Positions 48,352-55,220 of a stretch of 58,780 nucleotides of DNA are shown here, in pieces. Position 1 is the first letter of the stretch, and each line of letters opens with the position of its first letter. Under the pieces are notes generated by a model that saw nothing but the letters and a program-made list of their open reading frames with translations, was not told the origin of the DNA and ran no database searches. The position numbers and the translations under genes are program-made. Source of the stretch: a virus (Duplodnaviria; Caudoviricetes). Location of the stretch: IMG/VR virus record IMGVR_UViG_3300008459_000049, positions 1-58,780 of that record, one strand, 5' to 3'.

Positions 48352-48860
48352 CTATTTAACCAAAATTTCCAACTTGGATGTAAGTAGTTTTCATTATAAA
48401 AACCCTTTATTTCATTTACAAAAGGCAGACTATGCGGCTTTTTTGGCTGCTTTAGCAGCTTAAAACCAACATCCTTAAGAGTCTTGTCAGCCTTTTTTTG
48501 ATTACAAGATTCGCAACAAACTACAACATTATCCCATGTTGTTTTACCGCCATAAACTTTTGGATTGATATGATCAAGGGTAAAATTATTTATATTAATC
48601 TGCTTTGCACAATATTGACAAGTACCCTCATCACGCAACCAAACATTTTTTCTTGAGAATCTAACAGAGTTAATTTTTTTACCTCTTGTTGTTTTCATAA
48701 CAACAACAGATGGAATCTTTAATGAAAAAGATGTAGAATGAACTTCTGTATCATACTCCTCAAGAGGGATGATTTTATTTAAGAACAATAGACTAATTGC
48801 CTTCTGCCATGAAATAGTGCCAATCGGCTCATAATTAGAGCCTAAAGTTAAGACCCGCAT
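48348..48860 (-). CDS. HNH endonuclease (McrA-like)
   Basis: RDEGTCQYC..TLDHINP..GGKTTWDNVVVCCESCNQKK. Start re-placed at MRVLTL after AAGGAG, because the upstream ATG overlaps the -10 of a TTGACG-17-TATGAT promoter (48880-48908). Confidence 0.88.
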   Translation of the reverse strand: MRVLTLGSNYEPIGTISWQKAISLLFLNKIIPLEEYDTEVHSTSFSLKIPSVVVMKTTRGKKINSVRFSRKNVWLRDEGTCQYCAKQININNFTLDHINPKVYGGKTTWDNVVVCCESCNQKKADKTLKDVGFKLLKQPKKPHSLPFVNEIKGFYNENYLHPSWKFWLNR

Positions 48861-48912
48861 ATTCAACTCCTTGCCAATTATCATAGCATCAGCGATCCTC
48901 TACGTCAACAGC

Positions 48913-49143
48913 TTATTCACTAACTTTGGGTATAAACTCTTCATTAACATGTCCACATTTGGCGCAGCCAAAAGTTTGGACGGGAAAATTAACTTCACGA
49001 CCATTAGGTGACATAAGAGCAGAAACTTTTTTTAGCATAAAAACGGGGCTAAAAAATAAATTACCGCAACCATCACATTTGTAATCAGTTGCGGAAGCAA
49101 CCGCTTGCTTAGAAAGTCTTGGGGGTGAATCAGATAAATCCAT
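48913..49143 (-). CDS. Small zinc-ribbon protein
   Basis: CDGCG ... CAKCGH. AAGGAG RBS. Confidence 0.7.
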   Translation of the reverse strand: MDLSDSPPRLSKQAVASATDYKCDGCGNLFFSPVFMLKKVSALMSPNGREVNFPVQTFGCAKCGHVNEEFIPKVSE

Positions 49144-49258
49144 ATTAAAACTCCTTTGTTTTATCTATATTAGAACAATTTAGTACAAAATTTAAGGATT
49201 TTTAAATTTAACAACAAAATATTCATAATATATAGTCGGCAACAAGGGAGACAACCAT

Positions 49259-49816
49259 ATGCCAACAAAAATTTGCACAGCATGTAATATAGAAAAAAGT
49301 ATAGAAGAATTTCATAGAGTAGAAAAAGGTTCAGAAAAAAGAAGAGCGCAATGCGTTGAATGCAAGAGCAGCAAGTGGAAAACATATTACAGCAACGAAG
49401 AAAATAAAATTCATCACCTAAAAACAAAAAAAAGTTATCGGGAAAAAACCCGAAACTCAGAAACGCATATAATTATGCGTCTTATTGACCAGTCAAAAAA
49501 ACGTGCAAAGGAAAAAGGATTCCAGCATACAATAACACAAACAGATATCCAGTTACCAAAACACTGCCCAGTATTAGGCTTAAAATTAGTCGCAAACAAG
49601 GGCGAAGTATCCAGCAATTCATATTCGCTTGATCGCGTCAGATCAGATGGCGGATACACACCAGATAATATACAGGTTCTATCTTTTAGAGCAAACTCCC
49701 TAAAAGGCGATGGAACATGCGAAGAGCATCTAAAGATAGCAAGTTATATAAATAAGGAAGAAAACCCGTTTAAACGGCTCGTAAACGCGTTTAAAGCGTT
49801 TATCTTGATGCTCTAG
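49259..49816 (+). CDS. Free-standing His-Me-finger/HNH-like homing endonuclease
   Basis: N-terminal KICTAC..EF..CVEC finger. CPVLG..SLDRVRSDGGYTPDNIQVLSFRANSLKG. GGGAG RBS. Antisense insertion. Confidence 0.75.
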   Translation: MPTKICTACNIEKSIEEFHRVEKGSEKRRAQCVECKSSKWKTYYSNEENKIHHLKTKKSYREKTRNSETHIIMRLIDQSKKRAKEKGFQHTITQTDIQLPKHCPVLGLKLVANKGEVSSNSYSLDRVRSDGGYTPDNIQVLSFRANSLKGDGTCEEHLKIASYINKEENPFKRLVNAFKAFILML

Positions 49817-49818
49817 GG

Positions 49819-50646
49819 TCAATCACCTAATACGCGATTAAAAAGGGTGTCAGCTTCTTTACGCAAGATTTTATAGATCTTGTCGGTGGATTCAAAATTA
49901 TCCTCCATGAATTTGTCACCCTTTCCCTTCATGCTCTTAAAAGTAGGAACAAGCTCTTTGCTATAATAAGCTTTGTTAACCGAATCACCAACTTCGGGAT
50001 GACCAACAGGAACATCGCAATCATCCACTTTTGTTGCTGTCCGATGATCAGGAGGAAGATCCATTTGCGTTACAATATTTGGATCGTTTCCCTTCATATC
50101 CTCTGCGGAAGGTTTTTCAAAGGTTGGTGTTCCATCTTTGTTAAAATGGGTTGTCACCTTGCCCTTCTCTTTTGAATCAAAGCTTTTCCACATACCAGCC
50201 GCCGAATTGGAGACAGAGAAGCGATCTGGCATAACAGGACGACCTTTTAGAGAAGCATATGCAAGACCTAATTTATACAGCAATTTACCATAACCACGTC
50301 CAACATACTTTTCATGCATAGCAGATGATGACATGTTGATTGCATTAAAACAGGGTTGCTTAACCCAGCTATCTTCAGAAAGAGTTATTGCACCAGCAAG
50401 AAGTGGTTGTGGATAATTTGCAGCATTCACAAACCGCATCTCGTCACCAACGATAATACGGTTTGGAATCTTGCCACCCGGTGGTATTTTAAAGTAGCCG
50501 CGTTTCTTATCTAAGATAGCGGAAAAAGTATTTAAATCGACAAGAAAGAAGCGACTCTCATCACTTGTATCAACAAGAAGCGCAAGATTCTCTGTTTGAA
50601 CAGGTTTTTTCTTGGCTTCGTTTAATTTTATCCTAATTTTGATCAT
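49819..50646 (-). CDS. GNAT-like acetyltransferase-domain protein
   Basis: HEKYVGRGYGKLLY (acetyl-CoA motif A) and SVSNSAAGMW. Start placed at MIKIRIKLNE (50646), just after the CTATTTATA motif. Confidence 0.55.
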   Translation of the reverse strand: MIKIRIKLNEAKKKPVQTENLALLVDTSDESRFFLVDLNTFSAILDKKRGYFKIPPGGKIPNRIIVGDEMRFVNAANYPQPLLAGAITLSEDSWVKQPCFNAINMSSSAMHEKYVGRGYGKLLYKLGLAYASLKGRPVMPDRFSVSNSAAGMWKSFDSKEKGKVTTHFNKDGTPTFEKPSAEDMKGNDPNIVTQMDLPPDHRTATKVDDCDVPVGHPEVGDSVNKAYYSKELVPTFKSMKGKGDKFMEDNFESTDKIYKILRKEADTLFNRVLGD

Positions 50647-50741
50647 GCTATAAATAGAACAACACCACAAGAAACTCCAGAAATTTTATCCGGAAATTTT
50701 TGTGGGGTTGTATATTTTGGGGAAGGGTGGGTGTTGTTCTA

Positions 50742-51095
50742 TTATTCTTCGTTAACGGTATCAGAATCACCAGCACTTTTTGAATGAGCGCTGCTTAGAT
50801 ATTTATATATACTTTCTAGTTGATCAGATAATTCTTTTATTTTTGCTAATGTGTCTTTTTTAGCTCTTTCGTTTTTTACATATACTTCAATTACCGAACC
50901 AATTTCTGCTCGTAGATCCGCAGCAACATTTGCAATATTAAATATTGTTTGTGTAAAGCGTGGTAATGGACCTGGTGCATACCTTCTAGTATCTTGATCA
51001 TAATTTGTGTAACCACCACCCATGAATTTGACATCATGCACTTCTTCTAGCTGTTCTACGATTAACTTGCGTAGGTATTCTTTTGTTATTTTCAT
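50742..51095 (-). CDS. Hypothetical protein, candidate head-internal protein
   Basis: Start re-placed at MKITKEYLRKLIVEQLEE. Confidence 0.55.
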   Translation of the reverse strand: MKITKEYLRKLIVEQLEEVHDVKFMGGGYTNYDQDTRRYAPGPLPRFTQTIFNIANVAADLRAEIGSVIEVYVKNERAKKDTLAKIKELSDQLESIYKYLSSAHSKSAGDSDTVNEE

Positions 51096-51096
51096 G

Positions 51097-52131
51097 TTAT
51101 AATCCCTTTTGTAAAATTCTTTTAACTGCACCTGTTACAAGATCAACTCCTCCATCATTTGCTTGTATCTTTTTTGTAACCTTTATCAAAACTCGCGCAA
51201 TGGATTCTGGGTCATTTTTATGAGCAGCATCAAGATGTTTCATTGCGTCACGAACGTCATCCGCTGTTAAATTTTTTGCTAATTCGGGTGCTGATTTAAC
51301 CGCACCAGCAACAGATGTAACTGCATTAGAAACTTGTCCAGCTGCATCGCTAGCAGCATTAACAGCAGAATGGAACACATCAGCAAATGGATTACCAGCC
51401 ATTGTTGCTTTGCCTTTTGCAACAGAAATAGCATCAGATAGAACTCGATTTACCAATTCACTTGTTGTGGCATCTAGTTTTTTATTAGTTGTAATCATGT
51501 CAACAAGTTTGTTTGCAATGTTTGCATCAATACCGCTTGTTTGTTGGAATGAGGTATCTTTTAATACATCTATAACCGCTTTTGCATCACCTGTTAAATT
51601 TGCAACATCGCCACCAACTTGACGAACGGCAACCTCTGCATGGGCAGATGAAATACCGTATTTCCAGACAAGATAGGCAAACGCAGCAACCGATATAATT
51701 TTTAGTAAATCTTTTATTAAACCGTATGCAGTTGGGTGACTCTTTTTAAAAGCGGAGATAAATGAGTCAATCTTCTTGCAGAATTCAATTGCTTTACGAC
51801 CAGCGGATTTAGCTAGTGAAAGAGCTTTTGAGAGCATCCCTTTTACTTTTTCTACAACTGCACCTTTTATTTTTGAGAAGGTTCCCGATATGCCACCAAG
51901 TGCTTCATTAAGAACTTCTGGTGATTGGGATTCAAGCCATCTTAGGTCGTTGTTAATTGACTCAGAGAGGACTTGAACGTATTCCCTAGTTGATATATTT
52001 TTTGCGTTGTGTTCGGTGATCAGTTGTGATAGGGTAACTGTGCTGCCTTCTGAAAGTGGGATTTTTGTTGTATCTGTTTCTTTTATGAAAGTTCTCCACT
52101 CTTTCATAATTTTTTTCATGTTTGTTGACAT
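51097..52131 (-). CDS. Ala-rich helical protein with a central hydrophobic segment, candidate ejected protein
   Basis: 344 aa. N-terminus rich in IKE/LSE/ITE/LNE. Hydrophobic IISVAAFAYLVW segment. AAGGAG RBS. Confidence 0.55.
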   Translation of the reverse strand: MSTNMKKIMKEWRTFIKETDTTKIPLSEGSTVTLSQLITEHNAKNISTREYVQVLSESINNDLRWLESQSPEVLNEALGGISGTFSKIKGAVVEKVKGMLSKALSLAKSAGRKAIEFCKKIDSFISAFKKSHPTAYGLIKDLLKIISVAAFAYLVWKYGISSAHAEVAVRQVGGDVANLTGDAKAVIDVLKDTSFQQTSGIDANIANKLVDMITTNKKLDATTSELVNRVLSDAISVAKGKATMAGNPFADVFHSAVNAASDAAGQVSNAVTSVAGAVKSAPELAKNLTADDVRDAMKHLDAAHKNDPESIARVLIKVTKKIQANDGGVDLVTGAVKRILQKGL

Positions 52132-52399
52132 TTATATAGCTCCTTTGTGTTTCTATAAATAGTATCTCGTAAATAAGAAATCTAGAAAAATGGCCCGTAG
52201 TTTAAAAATGCCCTAGCTCTTGTTTTTGAAAAAAATCTTTTTATCAAGCGAATAGTTTTCCGGTATTTTTTTATTCTATATTGACAAGGGGGGAAGGGGG
52301 AGGAGGGGGTGGCAGCTTTCAAACTTTTTTGAAAGTTCAAAAACAAAAAACAAAAACAAACAAAAACTTTTGTTCCAGCCGAAAACTTTTTAGTTTGAC

Positions 52400-52427
52400 A
52401 AAAGAAAAAACCCGCGCTAGGCGGGTT
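52400..52427 (-). terminator. Intrinsic terminator closing the early-type region
   Basis: AACCCGC-CTAGC-GCGGGTT followed by TTTTCTTTT on the minus strand, right after ORF 52434. Confidence 0.75.
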
Positions 52428-52433
52428 CCTTCC

Positions 52434-52694
52434 TTAGAGGTTAGCTGTTGGATCAACGCGAGGCGGTCGATCCCCGCGTGACGGTCCCCATTCCATTCGT
52501 TCCTTTATCTTTGATAGGTCTTCATTCCTCTTGTCTGCAATCGCTTGTAGGTTCTCCCGCTTGTATCCCCAACAAACAACCCCGTCCACCTTATCTCCCA
52601 CCATACTGATTAGTGCATATTGATTATACTCACCATCAGTCTTGAAACCAAGGGTGCCTGCCTCTTGCCTATCTACTACATTATAACGTGCCAT
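52434..52694 (-). CDS. Hypothetical early protein
   Basis: Start MARYNVV after GGAGGT. Confidence 0.7.
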   Translation of the reverse strand: MARYNVVDRQEAGTLGFKTDGEYNQYALISMVGDKVDGVVCWGYKRENLQAIADKRNEDLSKIKERMEWGPSRGDRPPRVDPTANL

Positions 52695-52695
52695 G

Positions 52696-52812
52696 TTAAC
52701 CTCCAAAGGTAAGAATGAATGCGGTGATAACGGAACCGCTCAAAGCTCCAAGTGCAAGGGAATAAAGAACAAGCTGGCGAACTTCCCGATCATTGTGCGT
52801 ATAGGTGATCAT
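52696..52812 (-). CDS. Small membrane protein (38 aa)
   Basis: MITYTHNDREVRQLVLYSLALGALSGSVITAFILTFGG*. GGAGG RBS. Confidence 0.6.
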   Translation of the reverse strand: MITYTHNDREVRQLVLYSLALGALSGSVITAFILTFGG

Positions 52813-52886
52813 GTTCCCTCCAAGATCATCCGACGTGCAGTTAGACGAACCCGCTTGACAGCAACCCGCTTGCTGAACCGCTTCAT
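52809..52886 (-). CDS. Possible 25-aa Arg/Lys-rich peptide
   Basis: MKRFSKRVAVKRVRLTARRMILEGT*. ATGA overlap with the next gene. Weak RBS. Confidence 0.35.
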   Translation of the reverse strand: MKRFSKRVAVKRVRLTARRMILEGT

Positions 52887-52914
52887 CTTTCGGGATGAAT
52901 CACACCAGAAGAAC

Positions 52915-53142
52915 TTACCAGTCATAATCGGCCTCCGCACGAATGTCGTCAGCATAATCCTTACGCAGCTTCACCGCAATTTCGTAGTGTTCAAAAACCT
53001 GATGCCAATCAGCCAGTTCGTGGTTCTTCACTTCGGTCATAAAGTCACCAAACTCCTCACACTCAACAATCCAATCCCATCCCTTGGTGTAGTTCTTGCG
53101 AGCGTGCTGCTGGAGGGCATCAAACATTTCCTGATGGGTCAT
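52915..53142 (-). CDS. Hypothetical early protein (paralog of 56123-56359)
   Basis: ALQQHARKNYTKGWDWIVEC vs ALMEYGRLFYNEGWDELVES. Confidence 0.7.
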   Translation of the reverse strand: MTHQEMFDALQQHARKNYTKGWDWIVECEEFGDFMTEVKNHELADWHQVFEHYEIAVKLRKDYADDIRAEADYDW

Positions 53143-53248
53143 CTTGTCTCTCGCTTGTTGGTGTCGGTCAGTTCCGACTCAACGGTTATCTCATGGATGG
53201 CTGCGGAGTGCAACAAAAAAAGAGCAGGTCGATTGTTGTTTTTTTCTC

Positions 53249-53334
53249 TTGACACCGGGAAAAGGAGATGATATACTGAACGAGCCGCCGCAGCGCGGCG
53301 GCCAGATTTTACCACAAGCGGTTTCTGCTGTCAA
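53249..53334. promoter_or_regulatory. Convergent promoter cassette 1
   Basis: Plus strand TTGACA-17-TATACT (53249-53277). Palindrome GCCGCCGC-AGC-GCGGCGGC (53284-53302). Minus strand TTGACA-17-TAAAAT (53334-53306). Confidence 0.8.
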
Positions 53335-53374
53335 GAGAAAAAAGCATCAAGGGTTGGCGATGTTTGACGCAGTG

Positions 53375-53418
53375 CAATGGGGATTGCAAGCCATTGTTCC
53401 GACCTACAATCCCCATTG
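53375..53418. repeat. 12-bp inverted repeat
   Basis: CAATGGGGATTG ... CAATCCCCATTG, flanked by TGCAA motifs, just downstream of the wHTH-like gene. Confidence 0.85.
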
Positions 53419-53428
53419 TTGCAATATG

Positions 53429-53794
53429 TTACTCCTTACGGCGATTGGCGTTCATCGCCTCACGACGCTCCCACAGATCACGCGCAAGCTCGCGGTCCAC
53501 ATCATGCCCACGCGAGAACGCGAGGATCATGTCAAACGCCTGAGAGGTAACAGAATCGCCACCTTCGGTCTTAGGAGCGGGCATCGAACCAGCGGGCCAG
53601 CTTCCACCATCACGACCCTTGCGAGTCTCCAGAACGCCCGTATCATGGGCGAACTTGATAAGGGAAGCGTTGTACTTCCCAACGTGCTGCATCACACCGC
53701 GAGGACAACCGCTGTTGTTGGCGGTGTTATACTGGCGAACGAACTCCACCAGAGCGTCGATCTGAGCCACGTCGATCTGCACCTTGTCACCCAT
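53429..53794 (-). CDS. Winged-helix-like DNA-binding protein, paralog A
   Basis: GVLETRKGRDGGSW resembles the Rrf2-type wing. C-terminus closely similar to 55221-55583. Start MGDKV after AAAGGTGG. Confidence 0.6.
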   Translation of the reverse strand: MGDKVQIDVAQIDALVEFVRQYNTANNSGCPRGVMQHVGKYNASLIKFAHDTGVLETRKGRDGGSWPAGSMPAPKTEGGDSVTSQAFDMILAFSRGHDVDRELARDLWERREAMNANRRKE

Positions 53795-53918
53795 AACAGC
53801 ATCCACCTTTCATGGAGGCGATCCATTCGCCTCACCGCAGCAGCATCACCGGCTGCCGACTCACCTTTTATCTCACACCAGCAGGAAGAGTGCAACCTTT
53901 TTTTTGCTCTATCGGCAG

Positions 53919-54000
53919 AGTGCAGTTGCAATCCAGTTGCACTTGCAAGGCGATTGTAGTTGTCACCAGGTCCCAAGTGCAACTGGATTGCAACTGCACT
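53919..54000. repeat. Perfect 27-bp inverted repeat, 28-nt spacer
   Basis: AGTGCAGTTGCAATCCAGTTGCACTTG ... CAAGTGCAACTGGATTGCAACTGCACT. Confidence 0.95.
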
Positions 54001-54027
54001 TCTCTGCCGGTGCGTGTTCTTTTTTTG

Positions 54028-54116
54028 TTGACACCGGGAAACAGGTGTGGTATACTGAACGCGCCGCCGCGCTGCGGCGGCTCGGGCATTATAGCATATG
54101 CCCGAAACCGCGTCAA
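54028..54116. promoter_or_regulatory. Convergent promoter cassette 2
   Basis: Plus strand TTGACA-17-TATACT (54028-54056). Palindrome GCCGCCGC-GCT-GCGGCGGC (54063-54081). Minus strand TTGACG-17-TATAAT (54116-54088). Confidence 0.82.
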
Positions 54117-54125
54117 GCGTTTTTT

Positions 54126-54311
54126 TCAATCCTCGTAGTTGTCCCAATACTCGGTGCGAGTAAGTGGCGCACCGTTTGCATATTCGTCCTCCATCTCCGC
54201 GATCCGCTGTTGCTCCCATTCGTCGCAGTCGATGCAGAGGTTCAAAACGTTGTTGGACTGATAACCCTTGTGGAGTTCAGACTTGCAGCTTTCGCACTCG
54301 AAGGTTTCCAT
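54126..54311 (-). CDS. Small acidic zinc-finger protein
   Basis: CESC..CIDC. GGGAG RBS. Confidence 0.7.
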   Translation of the reverse strand: METFECESCKSELHKGYQSNNVLNLCIDCDEWEQQRIAEMEDEYANGAPLTRTEYWDNYED

Positions 54312-54383
54312 CTTGTTCTCCCTTTCGGCACCGTGCCGATGATCCTTTGTATCGCAGAGCGGATCGCTTGTCCAGCTTTTTTT

Positions 54384-54488
54384 CTAGAACGGACCAACAA
54401 TATCTTTGATCGCAGAGTAGACAACAGCACCTGCAAGGCCGATTGCCGTCATGCCACCAACAAACAGAACGCAGTAGATGATCGTCAT
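54384..54488 (-). CDS. Small membrane protein (34 aa)
   Basis: MTIIYCVLFVGGMTAIGLAGAVVYSAIKDIVGPF*. GAGGA RBS. Confidence 0.6.
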   Translation of the reverse strand: MTIIYCVLFVGGMTAIGLAGAVVYSAIKDIVGPF

Positions 54489-54495
54489 TGTTTCC

Positions 54496-54582
54496 TCAGT
54501 GGTCAAGAGTATACAGCGCGGCAGCAGTGATTGCAACAACAATGATGGTGGAGAAAAGGATATTCAGGATTCGGTCGCTCAT
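54496..54582 (-). CDS. Small membrane protein (28 aa)
   Basis: MSDRILNILFSTIIVVAITAAALYTLDH*. GGAGG RBS and its own promoter at 54609-54637. Confidence 0.6.
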   Translation of the reverse strand: MSDRILNILFSTIIVVAITAAALYTLDH

Positions 54583-54719
54583 GTGTGGCCTCCGTTGTTG
54601 ATGATGTAGTTATACACGACGGGGTTGGAGCGGTCAACTTTTTCTTTTGTTCTATCCGCAGGATTGACGCGCTGCGTCTGGTGGAACAGGAAAAGGTGGT
54701 GGTGGTTGTTCTTTTTTTG

Positions 54720-54817
54720 TTGACACCGCTTGCTGGTTATGGTATACTGGGCAAGCCGCCAGCCAGCCGCCCGCTTGCGGGCGGCTCGATTATAGCATAA
54801 TCGAGAAACCCTGTCAA
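54720..54817. promoter_or_regulatory. Convergent promoter cassette 3
   Basis: Plus strand TTGACA-17-TATACT (54720-54748). Palindrome AGCCGCCCGC-TT-GCGGGCGGCT (54765-54786). Minus strand TTGACA-17-TATAAT (54817-54789). Confidence 0.82.
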
Positions 54818-54868
54818 CATGAAAAAGAGCGTGAGCGTTTTTTTCTGGAACGCTCAAAACCAGATACT

Positions 54869-55099
54869 CTAGCGTGCGAGAGTATGCGTCACATTCCTGA
54901 CATGAGCGTCAACCATTCGCATCATTCGACCGCTGCGGATCGTACCCTCGGAGCCGTTGTCGTTGACATAAACATAAACCTTTTTCTGGCGCTTCGCCCA
55001 TTCGCGGATTGCCTTGACGGTCTGAAACTCATACAGCTTGCCACTCTTTTGAGCGGCGGTGGAACCCTTCGAACGGATAATGCGTTGTGCGATAATCAT
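54869..55099 (-). CDS. Small basic hypothetical protein
   Basis: 76 aa. GAGGA RBS and a 5' hairpin at 55116-55134. Confidence 0.65.
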   Translation of the reverse strand: MIIAQRIIRSKGSTAAQKSGKLYEFQTVKAIREWAKRQKKVYVYVNDNGSEGTIRSGRMMRMVDAHVRNVTHTLAR

Positions 55100-55220
55100 C
55101 TTTTCCTCTTTTCTGTCGGCGCACCGTGCGCCGAAACTTTGTATACACTACAGGTTTTTTTGTGGAGAGTCAAGCGAAAGAGCGGGGGTTTTTTCTTGGG
55201 AACCCCCGAAACCCTTTCGC

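Noticed and set aside
41967-52162. TATAAATA as T4-type late promoters firing on the plus strand
   Set aside because: No plus-strand genes follow. Their position just upstream of minus-strand starts favours the opposite reading.
53249-54817. Cassettes as a CRISPR array or attC/integron array
   Set aside because: Spacing is about 700-780 nt with whole genes between copies. The conserved parts are promoter boxes, and I saw no attC-type core sites or integrase.
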